Origin: Halorarum halobium
GTDB taxonomy: Archaea > Halobacteriota > Halobacteria > Halobacteriales > Haloferacaceae
Direction of reading: 5' to 3'
Length of the DNA stretch: 64,000 nucleotides
Assembly (NCBI RefSeq): GCF_032116555.1
Contig: NZ_CP134949.1
Location: 2,480,001-2,544,000 of the forward strand
Shown: in pieces, positions 21,259 through 32,232 of the stretch
Position numbering within the stretch: the stretch's first letter is position 1
Layout: the number at the start of each line of letters is the position of its first letter
The notes under the pieces: generated by a model
Database searches by the model: none
Seen by the model: only the letters and a program-made list of their open reading frames with translations
Told to the model about the DNA's origin: nothing
Made by a program: the position numbers and the translations under genes

Positions 21259-22401
21259 TTACGGTTTGGGTGATTCGCGTTCGGCCCGCTCGAACCCGTT
21301 GGCGAGCGCTTCTCCGGTCCTGCCGTCGAACACGTGCAGGTCCGCGACATCGAAACCGAGCGTGAACGTCTCGCCCCGTTCGGGCCTGTCGTGTGGCGGC
21401 GCGAGCGCCCGGAGATCCTGCTCGTCGGCCGCCGATTTCAGGTGGAGTATGATGTCGTCGCCCATCTGCTCGAAGATGTTGACCCTCGCCTCGATGCTGG
21501 GCTCCGTATCGTCGTCGACCGGCTTGAGGTCGCTCGGGCGGATCCCGAGGGTGACCTGGTCGCCGGTGGCCGCCGACGCGATCCGCTCGCGTTGCGCGGA
21601 CGAGAGGTCGACGTCGGACGACAGCAACGGGGAGGAAACGCCGTCCGGCGTCATCGTCGCCTCGATGGTGTTTATCGTCGGCGATCCCATGAACCGGGCG
21701 ACGAAGACGTTGTTCGGGTTGTGATAGACGTCGTAGGGGGAGGCCTTCTGCATGATCATCCCGTCGTTCATGATGACGACCTGGTCAGAGAGCGTCATCG
21801 CTTCCTCCTGGTCGTGAGTGACGTACAGGGTCGTCGTCTGGAACTCGCGGTGGAGCTCCTTCAGCTCGGCCCGCATCTCGATCTTCAGTTTCGCGTCGAG
21901 ATCGCTCATCGGTTCGTCGAGCAGGAAAATCGCGGGACTGCGGATGAGCGAGCGGGAGAGCGCCACGCGCTGTTGTTGACCGCCTGAGAGCTGGTTCGGC
22001 TTCTTGTCGAGGAGCTCCTCGATGTCGGTGATCCGGGCCATCTCCTCGACCTGTTCGTCCCGCGTCTCCCCGTCGACGTCGGTGTATTTCAGCCCGTACT
22101 CGATGTTCTCCCGGACGGTCTTGAACGGGAACAGCGCGATGTCCTGAAACACCATCGAGATGTCCCGATTCTGCGGGCGGAGGTTCGTCACGTCGTCCTC
22201 GTCGAAGGTGATCCGGCCCTCAGTCGGCGTTTCGAGGCCGCTGATCATCCGCAGAAGCGTCGTCTTGCCACAGCCACTCGGACCGACGAGCGTGGTGAAC
22301 TCACCGTCCTCGAGGGTCATGCTGATCGAGTCGACCGCGACCTCGTTCCCCGCCGGGGTCGGGAACACCTTCCGGAGATCCGTGCACGTAACTCTCGCCA
22401 T
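21259..22401 (-). CDS. Sugar ABC transporter ATPase (MalK-like)
   Basis: GPSGCGKT, LSGGQQQR, LDEPMS, THDQEEAM, C-terminal TOBE. Confidence 0.93.
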   Translation of the reverse strand: MARVTCTDLRKVFPTPAGNEVAVDSISMTLEDGEFTTLVGPSGCGKTTLLRMISGLETPTEGRITFDEDDVTNLRPQNRDISMVFQDIALFPFKTVRENIEYGLKYTDVDGETRDEQVEEMARITDIEELLDKKPNQLSGGQQQRVALSRSLIRSPAIFLLDEPMSDLDAKLKIEMRAELKELHREFQTTTLYVTHDQEEAMTLSDQVVIMNDGMIMQKASPYDVYHNPNNVFVARFMGSPTINTIEATMTPDGVSSPLLSSDVDLSSAQRERIASAATGDQVTLGIRPSDLKPVDDDTEPSIEARVNIFEQMGDDIILHLKSAADEQDLRALAPPHDRPERGETFTLGFDVADLHVFDGRTGEALANGFERAERESPKP

Positions 22402-22521
22402 GTCACCATAGAACACTCAGGGTATAATAAAAACACTGAATAATTACGGGTTGATTTCGACACAAAATTGGGTGGGTGTCGGGTCCACCGGACCGTCGGT
22501 GAGACGGCGAAACGGGGGGAT

Positions 22522-23358
22522 TCAGTCGAACCCGCTGATGCTGAATCCCGCGAGGATGTATCGATTGAGGGTGAACACGAGGATCAGGGGCGGGAGCACG
22601 AGCAGCGTCGCTCCCGTCATGATCAGGTCCCAGTACACCTGTGCCCCCTGCGTGTAGATGTCGATGCCGACGGTCAACAGCGTCATGTTGGGATCGTCGA
22701 CGAGGATCAGGGCGAAGGTGTAGTCCCCCCAGGAGATGCCGAAGGCGAAGATGGCGGACGCGATGATGCCGGGGAGTGCGCCCGGCGTGGCGATCTCGAT
22801 CATGCTCTTGAAGCGCGAGGCACCGAACACCCACGCGCTCTCCTCCCAGGAGATCGGGACGGTCTGGAAGAACTGCCACATCAGCCAGGTGGTGAACGGG
22901 ATCGTGACCGCCGCGTGAGCGATGACCAGTCCCAGGTAGGAGTTCAGTAGTCCCAGCCCGTCGAACACCACGTAGTACGGGATTCCCAGCATGAGCGGCG
23001 GGAACATGTAGGCGAAGATGAAGCTCATCGCGATGTACTTCTTGTACGGGATGGCGTACCGGGTCAGCCCGTACCCCGCGAGCGTCGAGATGACGACGCT
23101 CAGGACCACGTTTCCGATGCTGACGATGAGGCTGTTTCTGAGCCACAGCAGGTACTTCGTGTCCTCGAACAGGCGCTCGTAGTTGGCGAGCGTGACCGTG
23201 CTCGGGATGATCTGTGGCGGGTACTGGACGATGTCGGCGGACGGCTTGATGCCGGAGACGAACATCCAGTAGAAGGGGAAGCCGAACACGACGAGTAGCA
23301 GGACGACGCCGGCATACTTCGCCGCCCCGAGCCCGAGGTTTTTGACGTGTGCGTCCAT
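22522..23358 (-). CDS. Carbohydrate ABC permease (MalG-like)
   Basis: PFYWMF, NSLIVS, EESAWVFGAS EAA loop. Confidence 0.9.
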   Translation of the reverse strand: MDAHVKNLGLGAAKYAGVVLLLVVFGFPFYWMFVSGIKPSADIVQYPPQIIPSTVTLANYERLFEDTKYLLWLRNSLIVSIGNVVLSVVISTLAGYGLTRYAIPYKKYIAMSFIFAYMFPPLMLGIPYYVVFDGLGLLNSYLGLVIAHAAVTIPFTTWLMWQFFQTVPISWEESAWVFGASRFKSMIEIATPGALPGIIASAIFAFGISWGDYTFALILVDDPNMTLLTVGIDIYTQGAQVYWDLIMTGATLLVLPPLILVFTLNRYILAGFSISGFD

Positions 23359-24275
23359 CACGTTTCGACCTCCTCGTACGGTTTGAACTGCGTGAAGTAC
23401 ACGATACCCGTCGCGAGCAGCATCAGGAACATCACGACGGTCAGGCTCGCACCCAGTCCGCCGCGGAACTGCTGGAACGCGATCTGGTACGCGTAGACGA
23501 CCATCGTGAGCGTCTCGTTGAACGGCCCTCCCGAGGTGAGCAGCCAGATCATGTCGAACTTGTTGAACTGCCAGATGCTCCGGAGCAGAACGACCAGAAA
23601 CAGCACGCCCTTGATGTTGGGGTAGGTGACGTCCAGGAACCGCCTGAGCGGGTTTGCCCCGTTGATCTTGGCGAGCTCGTACATCTCCGGATCGATCGAC
23701 TGGAGCCGGGCCAGCACGATCAGGACGACGAAGATCGAGAACTTCCAGTTCCCGATCCAGACGACGCTGTGGAGCGCATGGCCCACCGAGAAGAAGTTCA
23801 CCGGGTCGGCCACCAGCCCCGACTCCAGCAACAGGTAGTTGACCAGTCCGAGCCGGTTGTGGAACAGCCACCTGAATATCATCGCGATGGCGACCGTCGG
23901 GATCAGATAGGGGAGCAGGACGATGGACCGAACGACGTTCGAGAACTTGAACGACTGGTTGAGAAACAGCGCGATGGCGACGCCGACGACGACCTGTGTC
24001 AGCACGGAGTACATCGCGTACAGCACCCCCCGCTCCATCGAGTTCCAGAACGTCTGGTCGGAGGCGAGCAACTGGTAGTTACTGCTGCCGACGAACTCGA
24101 GCCCCGAGATACCGTAGCCGGCGTGGAAGCTGAGGTAGATCCCGAACAGGATCGGAAACAGCGAGACGCCGAAGAACACCAGTATCGCGGGCGCGATGTA
24201 GAGGTATCCCTGCAGACGTTCCGGCCGGTGCCGGACCGCGGCCACGTGATCCTTGAGCCGTGAGTGGAGATTCAT
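23358..24275 (-). CDS. Carbohydrate ABC permease (MalF-like)
   Basis: FVGSSNY, YELAKINGA, LTSGGP. Confidence 0.9.
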   Translation of the reverse strand: MNLHSRLKDHVAAVRHRPERLQGYLYIAPAILVFFGVSLFPILFGIYLSFHAGYGISGLEFVGSSNYQLLASDQTFWNSMERGVLYAMYSVLTQVVVGVAIALFLNQSFKFSNVVRSIVLLPYLIPTVAIAMIFRWLFHNRLGLVNYLLLESGLVADPVNFFSVGHALHSVVWIGNWKFSIFVVLIVLARLQSIDPEMYELAKINGANPLRRFLDVTYPNIKGVLFLVVLLRSIWQFNKFDMIWLLTSGGPFNETLTMVVYAYQIAFQQFRGGLGASLTVVMFLMLLATGIVYFTQFKPYEEVET

Positions 24276-24287
24276 CGGTGGGTTCGC

Positions 24288-25724
24288 TTACTCCTGGAAC
24301 TCCGGGAGCGTGTTTCGAAGCTCCGCTGCGGCGTCGTCGACCGCCTGACCCGGCTCCTTCCGTCCGGTGATCCCCTCGGCGATCATCGTCGGGATGATGT
24401 ACGTGTACATGGTCAGATCGAAGTAGTACGGGAGCGGCGGATCGGTCCGTTCGATCGGCAACACGCCGTCGTCGGCGTACTCCTTGTAGTACTCGACGAC
24501 GTCCGGACGCTGGGAGACGATGTCGTTGCTCTGGAACGACTCCTTGTCCATGACGCTCACGTCCGGCGGCACGTTGTGCAGCGGGACGGAGAGAAGGCTC
24601 TCCACGTACCAATCAGTCGTCATGTAGTGGCTGACGAAGTCCTTCGCCAGTTCGGTGTTCCCCGACTCGGCGGGACAGAAGAACCCGCCAACGGTCATGA
24701 CAGTCTGGTAGTCCGCCTCACCCTCCTGGGTGAGCGGCGCCTGCGGATACGGCGCGGGACGCGTGTTCGCGCCGAGGCCGTCGGGCTCCTGTCGCATCGC
24801 CTGCGTCAGCGGTCGGCCGGTGTAGTAGGTGGTCGAGACCAGTTCGGACATGTACACTTCGACCATGTCGGTCCACTCGTAGCTGGTGGACTCGGGCGAG
24901 AACTGGTACATCCGGTTGAGGTAGTTCAGGACCTCGATCGCCCGCTCCCGATTGGGTTCCTGATCGAGGACGACGTCGACCTCCTCGGCGTCGTCCGAGG
25001 GGTCCAGGTAGCTGACCCCGTTCATCATCATCTGTGCGTCGTAGTTGTACTGGGTGACGCCGACGTTGGGGTTGGCGAACGTGAGGACGGGATCCATCTG
25101 TTCGCCCTCCAGGTGCGAGGAGAGCGTCTCCATGTTGGACAGCTGCTCGTCCCACGTCGTGGCGGGCTGGATGCCGGCGGCGTCGTACACGTCGCCGCGG
25201 TGCCACATCGTCATCACCCCGATGTCGTGCGGCCAGAAGACGCTGCCGTCACCGACCTCGACCTGGTACTGCTCCGGAATCGACTGGTCTTGGAGCCTGT
25301 CTGACATGTCTGCTAGACGGCCCTGTTCCCCGAACCGCCACGCCCACTCCGAGTTGAGGAACGCGACCTCCGGGATGTCTCCCGTCTCGAACGACCGCTG
25401 GAGCGTCTGGACGACCTCGTCGAAGCCCCGGAAGAGGAACTCCGCCTCGACGTCCTGGTCGACCGTGCTCGCCCAGTCGTCGAACGCGTTGCGCAGGGTC
25501 TCCTGGATCTCCGGCGAGGAGTGGTCCGTGATGACCTGGATCGTCTGGGTGCCACCCTCGTCCCCCGAGTTCCCGCCGTCCTGGGAGTCCCCGCCGAGGC
25601 CGGTGCAGCCGGCCAGGCCGGAGACGCCCGCCCCGGCGAGCGTCGTGCCAGTCAACTGTACGAACTTCCGCCGATTCGATTGCCGAGTCTCCTCCACTCG
25701 GCCGGGCTCACTCTTTGACCGCAT
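24288..25724 (-). CDS. Carbohydrate ABC substrate-binding lipoprotein (Tat)
   Basis: NRRKFVQ twin-Arg, LAGC lipobox, family-1 SBP features (TTWDE); operon context. Confidence 0.85.
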   Translation of the reverse strand: MRSKSEPGRVEETRQSNRRKFVQLTGTTLAGAGVSGLAGCTGLGGDSQDGGNSGDEGGTQTIQVITDHSSPEIQETLRNAFDDWASTVDQDVEAEFLFRGFDEVVQTLQRSFETGDIPEVAFLNSEWAWRFGEQGRLADMSDRLQDQSIPEQYQVEVGDGSVFWPHDIGVMTMWHRGDVYDAAGIQPATTWDEQLSNMETLSSHLEGEQMDPVLTFANPNVGVTQYNYDAQMMMNGVSYLDPSDDAEEVDVVLDQEPNRERAIEVLNYLNRMYQFSPESTSYEWTDMVEVYMSELVSTTYYTGRPLTQAMRQEPDGLGANTRPAPYPQAPLTQEGEADYQTVMTVGGFFCPAESGNTELAKDFVSHYMTTDWYVESLLSVPLHNVPPDVSVMDKESFQSNDIVSQRPDVVEYYKEYADDGVLPIERTDPPLPYYFDLTMYTYIIPTMIAEGITGRKEPGQAVDDAAAELRNTLPEFQE

Positions 25725-25855
25725 ACTCGTAGAGCACCCGTGCCATCTATAATAAACGTTTGGGCTCTACGGGCGTCGTCGGCCCCGGCGAACGTATCGG
25801 CAGAATTCCCCGCTACTGCAGAAGCTTACTAACTCTGTGCGCTCCGTACGGCCAC

Positions 25856-26890
25856 ATGTCCGTGAGTAGCAAGCCTTCTGCGCTTAGCCAGCGGCAATAC
25901 CACGACTTGCCGATGCGCGTCGGCGTCGGCCAGTTCATGCATCCGACCGAGGAGCGACTCAGATACATCAAACAGCTCGGCGTCGACGATATCCAGTTGA
26001 ACATGTACGAGACGCCGTTGCTGGCCGATTCGGAGAACCCACTGAGCGGTGCGGAAAAGTGGGAGTACGAGGAACTGCTCCACCTGCGGACGCGTATCAA
26101 CGACGCGGGACTCCGGTTGAACGCCATCGAGAACGTTCCGCTCTCGTTTTACGACGACGTGATGCTCGGGCGCGAGGGGCGCGAGGAGCAGCTCGAGAAC
26201 GTAAAGGAGACGATACGAAACGTCGGACGGGTGGGGATTCCGGTGCTCGGCTACCACTGGGCGCCCAACGGCGTCTGGCGCAGCGCGACCAACCGGAAGA
26301 TCAGGGGCGGCGCGACGACGACCGCCTTCGAACGGTCGGAGATGGGCGACGTCCCGCTCTCGTTCGACCGGGAGTACACGGAGGCCGAACTCTGGGACAA
26401 CTACGAGTACTTCATCGAGGAGGTCCTCCCGGTCGCGGAGGAGGCGGGCGTCTCCCTGGCGCTCCACCCGAACGATCCGCCGATCGAGAGCATCGGGGGC
26501 GTTCCGTTGCTCTTCCGGAACTTCGAGAGCTTCCAGCGCGCCATGGATCTGTACGAGACCGACAATCACGGGCTGAATCTCTGTCTCGGGACCTGGTCGG
26601 AGATGCACGAGGACCTCTTCGACGTCATCGAGTACTTCGGTTCCCGCGACGAGATCCTCTACGTTCACTACCGCGACGTCGAGGGCAAGGTCCCCGCGTT
26701 CACGGAGACGTTCGTCGACGAGGGCAACTACGACGAGTACGAGGTCCTCGAGGCCCTCCGGAACGTCGGATTCAGTGGCATGATGATCCCGGACCACGTT
26801 CCGAAACTCGAAGGCGACGAACCCTGGAAGCACCGGGGCAGAGCGTACACCGTCGGGTATCTCAAGGGGATGCTCAAGAGCCTGGACTGA
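25856..26890 (+). CDS. uxuA: Mannonate dehydratase family protein
   Basis: WDNYEYFIEEVLPVAEEAGVSLALHPNDPP, VHYRD, ETF.DEG, PDHVP, AYTVGY. Confidence 0.88.
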   Translation: MSVSSKPSALSQRQYHDLPMRVGVGQFMHPTEERLRYIKQLGVDDIQLNMYETPLLADSENPLSGAEKWEYEELLHLRTRINDAGLRLNAIENVPLSFYDDVMLGREGREEQLENVKETIRNVGRVGIPVLGYHWAPNGVWRSATNRKIRGGATTTAFERSEMGDVPLSFDREYTEAELWDNYEYFIEEVLPVAEEAGVSLALHPNDPPIESIGGVPLLFRNFESFQRAMDLYETDNHGLNLCLGTWSEMHEDLFDVIEYFGSRDEILYVHYRDVEGKVPAFTETFVDEGNYDEYEVLEALRNVGFSGMMIPDHVPKLEGDEPWKHRGRAYTVGYLKGMLKSLD

Positions 26891-27069
26891 TTCCGGTCGT
26901 CCCGACGGAACTCTCCGGAGCGACGAACGTGACGCGTGCGTCAAATTCCACTCTCGGTGGATGGATGACCCGGTCGGGGGAGTGACGGTCGGCCCTCGGA
27001 GTTCGATCGACGGGCGGGCGGCCGACGACGACGGACGGGAGGGATCGTCGCGGAGAGAATCCACGCACA

Positions 27070-27084
27070 GTAGATTTTATCTAC
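27070..27084. promoter_or_regulatory. Palindrome GTAGAT-TTT-ATCTAC overlapping the TATA box of the IclR gene
   Basis: Perfect 6-bp arms 22-36 nt upstream of ATG 27106. Confidence 0.4.
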
Positions 27085-27105
27085 GGACGTACGCTACCTG
27101 GTAGC

Positions 27106-27879
27106 ATGAACACGGACGCCGCGGACGAGGGGGGAAAGCGGGTCAACGCGGTACAGCGTTCGTTTGCCGTCCTGGACGTCGTTCGGCGGTCCGGCACCGT
27201 TCGGATCTCGGACGTCGCCGAGGAGCTCGGTATTCCCACCAGCACGGCACACGTCCACCTGAAGACGCTCGAATCCGTCGGATACGTCGTACAGGATACC
27301 GACGGGTACCGCCAGAGCCTCCGATTTCTCAGGGACGGCATCGTGGTTCGTGACCGGTTGAACGTCTACTCCATCTCGAAGCCCGAGTTGGACGAACTGG
27401 CGGCCAAGACGGGCGAAGTCGCCAACCTCGGGGTCGAGGAGGACGGCAAGCGGGTCATCCTGTACCAGTCCGAGGGAAGCGAGGCGGTGTACGACAACGC
27501 GCCGACTGGGGAGTACACGAACATGCACTGGACGGCGCTCGGGAAGGCCATCCTCGCCGCCCGGTCCGACGACTACGTCACCGAGTACGTCGAGGCGTAC
27601 GGGCTCCCCGACAAAACGGAGAACACGATCACCGATCGTGACCAGTTCCGTGAGGAACTGGAAACCGCGCAGGAACGGGGGTACACGTTCGAGGACGAGG
27701 AGCGGCGCGAGGGGATCCGGTCGATCGCGGTTCCAATCACAGTGGAAGATTCGGCCGTCGGTGCGATCTCCCTCTCGGGACCCAGAGAACGATTCGACGA
27801 CCGGCGGATTCGGGACGAACTCCTCCCTGAGCTCCGGGACACCTCCAACGTGATCGAAGTCAAGTACGCCTACGAGTGA
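27106..27879 (+). CDS. IclR-family transcriptional regulator
   Basis: STAHVHLKTL HTH, HWTALGKAILA, TENTITD, GAISLSGP. Confidence 0.93.
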   Translation: MNTDAADEGGKRVNAVQRSFAVLDVVRRSGTVRISDVAEELGIPTSTAHVHLKTLESVGYVVQDTDGYRQSLRFLRDGIVVRDRLNVYSISKPELDELAAKTGEVANLGVEEDGKRVILYQSEGSEAVYDNAPTGEYTNMHWTALGKAILAARSDDYVTEYVEAYGLPDKTENTITDRDQFREELETAQERGYTFEDEERREGIRSIAVPITVEDSAVGAISLSGPRERFDDRRIRDELLPELRDTSNVIEVKYAYE

Positions 27880-28603
27880 CTGATCGCCCGACGACCACCG
27901 GTTCGGTGTTCCGGTACGAACTCGAGTCGAACCTGAAGCGTACCTCCCGGAGACGCGTGGTGGGCAGTGACCGGGGCCGTCTCGGAGCTGTCACGGCTCC
28001 ACTATCGGTGGAATGGTGTGTGGTATCGAAGGACGTGGGGTTACACACCTATGTTTGTAATCACCGTGAGGAAGGGGTTCGGCTGATGAGACCGATCCAG
28101 AGTAATAAAAGAACAGGTAACTACTGATTTCTGATATACATGTTAAACTGGAACGTCGGCATCGTTCGAAAGTGTCAGTTCTCCTGACATGGCCACTGGA
28201 CGGCCCAGCGTGAACGTCCCTAGTTCCGCCCGTTCGAGACGAGCGCCGGAGATGTTCCACCGAGCGGACGCCGGAACCGAATTGACTGATCTCCTTCACC
28301 CGTCGTCCGACGAACCCCGAAACGAACGGGACGGCGTCACGCTTCAGTCTCCGGCGCTCTGAACGCCGATCGTTGTACGCAACGGGGACGGAAAATCTGG
28401 ACGCCGAACGCGGACCCGGATCGGGATCCTGCTCTCCCGGGTCCGCTACAGTACGGTGGCGACGCCTCGACACGCACCCACCACATATCTGAATACAGGT
28501 ATCATAAGATTCTATATTTATATCGGCAACAGAAATTATTCGGCATCTTTCTTTTTCGCCCCTCCTCAGCTTCGGAAGGGGTCCCCCGATACCGCGGGAC
28601 CCG

Positions 28604-31219
28604 CTATCGAAGGAACCCGAGCAGTTCGTAGTCGTGGTCGGGGGTGTACTTCCGGAACAGCAGGCTGTTGGCCAGCACGGACACCGACGAGAACGCCATT
28701 GCGCCCGCAGCGAGCACTGGCTGGAGCAGTCCGAGACTCGCCAGCGGGATCATCGCCGTGTTGTAGCCGAGCGCCCAGAACAGGTTCTGCTTGATCTTCC
28801 GGAGCGTCCCGTCGCTGATGCGGATCGCCTTCACGACGTCGACCGGGTCCGAGCGCATGAGCGTTACGTCGGCGGCCTCGATGGCCACGTCCGTCCCGCT
28901 CCCGATGGCGGTGCCGACGTACGCCGTCGCGAGCGCCGGCGCGTCGTTGATGCCGTCGCCGACCATCATCGCCATCGTCCCGTCGGCCTGGATCGCCTCG
29001 ACCGCGTCGGCCTTCTCGTCGGGAAGCACGCCCGCGCGGACGTTCGCCGGATCGATCCCGACGCGTTCCGCGACCGCGTTCGCCGTCCGTTCGTTGTCGC
29101 CGGTGATCATGTGGACCGAGACGCCGCGCTCGTGGAGCGCCGTGACGGCCTCCGTGGCCGACTCCTTCGTCTCGTCTGCGACCGCGAGCACGCCGACGAG
29201 TCGCCCGTCGAGGCCGACGAGCATCGCCGTCTTCCCCTCGGCCTGGAGCTCCTCGATGGTGTCCCCGGCGGGACCGACGACGACGTCGTCCGCCTCGAGC
29301 AGTTCGGGCTTGCCGACGACGACGTCGCCGTGGTCGGTCCGGGCGCGGACGCCCTTCCCGGCGACGCTCTCGAACGCCTCGGGCTGGGGGACGTCGATGC
29401 CCCGGTCACGCGCCCCCTCCACCACGGCGCGACCGATGGGGTGCTCGCTCCCGTTCTCCGCGGTCGCGGCCGCGGCGAGCAGGGCCTCCTCCGGGATCGG
29501 TTCGGGCGACTCCTCGCTCGGATCGGCTGTCGCCCCGTCGGCCATTCGCCCGATCGGACGGACGTCCGTGAGCGTCATCTCGCCCCTCGTGAGCGTCCCG
29601 GTCTTGTCGAAGATCACCGTCTCGACGTCGCGGACGCGCTCGAGGACGTCGCCGCCCTTGAACAGGACGCCGTGCTGGGCGCCGATGGTCGTCCCGACCA
29701 TCGTCGCGGCCGGGGTTGCGAGACCCAGCGCGCACGGACACGCGATGAGCACCGCGGACGCGAACACGACGACCGCGAACTCGAACACCGAGACCGTCCC
29801 GCCGACGACGGCCGGTCCGCCGGCCACGAGCCCCCAGAGCGGGAGCGCCGAGACCACGCCGGCCAGCGCCTCCGGGAAGAAATACCAGACGGTCCCCCAC
29901 AGCACGGCGTTCAGAATGACCGCGGGGACGAAGTACGCCGAGATCCTGTCGGCGAGGTTCTGGATGTCGGGCTGGCGTGCCTGGGCCTCCTTGACCGTCC
30001 GCACGATCTGCTGGATCGCGGTGTCGCCGCCGACCCTGGTCGCCTCAACGACGAGCACGCCGTTCTCGTTGATCGTCGACCCGACGACCTCGTCGCCTGG
30101 CTCCTTCGAGACGGGCACGGACTCGCCCGTGACCATCGACTCGTCCACGGCGGACTCGCCCTCGACGACGACGCCGTCGGTCGGGATCTGTTCGCCCGGC
30201 CGGACCTTCATGCGGTCGCCGACCGCGACCTCGTCGAGCGGAACCTCGCGTTCGGTCCCGTCCTCGTCGACGAGCGTCGCCTCGTCGGCCTCCATCTCGA
30301 GGAGCGAGCGCAACGCCTCGCCGGCCTGGCCCTTCGAGCGTGCCTCCAGGTAGTTCCCGAGCGTGATGAACACGAGGATGAGCGCGGCGGTGTCGAAGTA
30401 CAGGCTCCCGGCGATCGCCCCGAGCAAGACGGCGACGGAGTAGACGTACGCCGTGGACGAGCCGAGCGCGATGAGGACGTCCATGTTGGCGCGCCCGTTC
30501 CGCACGAGCGCCTTGTACGAGTTCTCGTAGAACGGCTTCCCGAGCAGCAGCTGGACGGGCGTCGCGAGCAGGAACTCGACCCACCCGAGTTCGACGCCGA
30601 ACACGGTCTCCGGGACGAGCGCGCCCCCGAGCAGGAACTTGTCCGCGAGGAAGACCAGCAGCGGTGCCGAGAGCGCCGCCCCGAACAGCGTCAGCCGGCG
30701 CTGGCGGGTGATTTCGGCCTCGCGCGCGGCGTCCCGGGCGTCCCGACTCGATTCCCGCGCGTCCCCGCTCGACTCCTCGCCCCCCATGCTCGCCTCACCC
30801 TCGCGGACGGGCGTGTAGCCGGCCGCCTCGATGGCGTCGTACAGCTCCCCCCGGGAGACGTCGGCCGGGTTGTACCGCACCTGCGCCTCGTCGGTCGCGT
30901 AGTTGACGTCCGCAACGATGACGCCGGGCGTCCCCTCGAGCGCGGACTCGTTCGTCTCGGCGCAGTTCGCACACGTCATGTCCGTGATGCCCACGGTCAC
31001 GGACTCGGACACCGCGCCGTAGCCGGCGTCCTCGATGGCCTCGTAGAGCTCGCGGAGCGACACCTCCTCGGGATCGTACTCGACGGAGCCCTCGTCGGTG
31101 GCGACGTTGACGGTCGCCTCGGCGACGCCGTCGAGCGACTCCAGGGCGTCCTGGATCGTCCCGGCACAGTTGGCACAGGACATCCCCGTGACGTCGAGCC
31201 GTGTGGTTCGCGTACTCAT
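28604..31219 (-). CDS. copA: Cu(I)-translocating P1B-1 ATPase with two HMA domains
   Basis: GMSCANC and DMTCANC, TGES, CPC, DKTGT, SEHP, GDGIND, YN, MAFSS. Confidence 0.96.
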   Translation of the reverse strand: MSTRTTRLDVTGMSCANCAGTIQDALESLDGVAEATVNVATDEGSVEYDPEEVSLRELYEAIEDAGYGAVSESVTVGITDMTCANCAETNESALEGTPGVIVADVNYATDEAQVRYNPADVSRGELYDAIEAAGYTPVREGEASMGGEESSGDARESSRDARDAAREAEITRQRRLTLFGAALSAPLLVFLADKFLLGGALVPETVFGVELGWVEFLLATPVQLLLGKPFYENSYKALVRNGRANMDVLIALGSSTAYVYSVAVLLGAIAGSLYFDTAALILVFITLGNYLEARSKGQAGEALRSLLEMEADEATLVDEDGTEREVPLDEVAVGDRMKVRPGEQIPTDGVVVEGESAVDESMVTGESVPVSKEPGDEVVGSTINENGVLVVEATRVGGDTAIQQIVRTVKEAQARQPDIQNLADRISAYFVPAVILNAVLWGTVWYFFPEALAGVVSALPLWGLVAGGPAVVGGTVSVFEFAVVVFASAVLIACPCALGLATPAATMVGTTIGAQHGVLFKGGDVLERVRDVETVIFDKTGTLTRGEMTLTDVRPIGRMADGATADPSEESPEPIPEEALLAAAATAENGSEHPIGRAVVEGARDRGIDVPQPEAFESVAGKGVRARTDHGDVVVGKPELLEADDVVVGPAGDTIEELQAEGKTAMLVGLDGRLVGVLAVADETKESATEAVTALHERGVSVHMITGDNERTANAVAERVGIDPANVRAGVLPDEKADAVEAIQADGTMAMMVGDGINDAPALATAYVGTAIGSGTDVAIEAADVTLMRSDPVDVVKAIRISDGTLRKIKQNLFWALGYNTAMIPLASLGLLQPVLAAGAMAFSSVSVLANSLLFRKYTPDHDYELLGFLR

Positions 31220-31308
31220 CTGTGTCTACTAGTAGGGGCTCCCCACTTACGCGACTTTTCCTTTCGAACCATCGGCCGAGCGCCGGCGAAACTTCGCGTT
31301 CGAAACCG

Positions 31309-31902
31309 CTACGTCGCTCCCTCCTCGAACGTCTCGTACCGCTCCCTGAACCGCGAGTGACACGACGGACAGCAGAAGTGGTAGATGGTCCCGTCGATGC
31401 GTTCGGTCTCCCCCTCGTTCGTGACGGTGTTTCCACACTCGACGCAGGTGAGCGCGAACTCCGTGCCCCCGACCGACGGCGACCACTCCACCCGTTCGAC
31501 GAGGCGCACGTCGTACCCCCGGAGCACGTCGGCGTCGGCGGTGGACTCGATCCACTCCCTGACCTTGCCCCGCTCCAGCCGCGCGTGAGCGAGGACCGTG
31601 CCGTCCGCGGTTTCGAACACGTGTTCGACGGCCTCGGCTCCCCTGAGTCGGTCGACCGTCTCGTCGAGTGCGCCCGGCTCGACGGTGAGTTCCACGAGGA
31701 CGGGAACGCCGGCGCGGAGCTGTCCCCGGTCCACGTCGACGGTGAACTGTCGGATGATGCCGGCCTCCTGGAGCCGCTGCACGCGGTCCGAGACCGCCGG
31801 CCCAGACAGGTCGACCGCCTCCCCGATCCGTGCGAACGGTTCGCGGGCGTTCTCTGCGAGCCGTTCGAGGATCCTGACGTCGGTCTCGTCGAGCGAACTC
31901 AT
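31309..31902 (-). CDS. Lrp/AsnC regulator with C-terminal TRASH metal-binding domain (copper-responsive, CopR/CopT-like)
   Basis: LDETD.RIL..L.ENAR AsnC HTH; CVECG...YHFCCPSC. Confidence 0.9.
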   Translation of the reverse strand: MSSLDETDVRILERLAENAREPFARIGEAVDLSGPAVSDRVQRLQEAGIIRQFTVDVDRGQLRAGVPVLVELTVEPGALDETVDRLRGAEAVEHVFETADGTVLAHARLERGKVREWIESTADADVLRGYDVRLVERVEWSPSVGGTEFALTCVECGNTVTNEGETERIDGTIYHFCCPSCHSRFRERYETFEEGAT

Positions 31903-31942
31903 ACGCCCAGTAGACGCTCGAGTAAGTTATACTGTGGCGGTG

Positions 31943-31959
31943 TTCGATTTGGAATCGAA
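31943..31959. promoter_or_regulatory. Palindrome TTCGATT-TGG-AATCGAA in the divergent regulator/copZ promoter
   Basis: Perfect 7-bp inverted arms. Confidence 0.45.
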
Positions 31960-32032
31960 AGTTAGCGCTCGCAGGACACGAGATATCGCAACCACAACCG
32001 GCATACTGAGGGGTCCCGTACGTCCGATCGGG

Positions 32033-32230
32033 ATGAGTCGAACCATCACCGTCGAAGGGATGAGCTGTGGCGGCTGTGAACGGACCGTCGAGGACGCGCT
32101 CGCGGACGTCCCGGGCGTCGAAGCCGTGTCCGTCGATCGGACGACCGACAGTGCCGCCGTCGAGGGCGACGCGGACGCCGACTCCCTCGTGAACGCGGTG
32201 GAGGACGCCGGGTACGAGGCGCACGCCTGA
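32033..32230 (+). CDS. copZ: Copper chaperone (HMA domain)
   Basis: MSRTITVEGMSCGGC...AVEDAGYEA, 65 aa. Confidence 0.92.
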   Translation: MSRTITVEGMSCGGCERTVEDALADVPGVEAVSVDRTTDSAAVEGDADADSLVNAVEDAGYEAHA

Positions 32231-32232
32231 TC

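Noticed and set aside
28634..31360. 908-aa plus-strand ORF and many similar long antisense or alternate-frame ORFs (e.g. 17718-19751, 49480-51912)
   Set aside because: Shadow ORFs of GC-rich genes; Arg/Gly/Pro-rich, no motifs, overlapping well-supported CDSs
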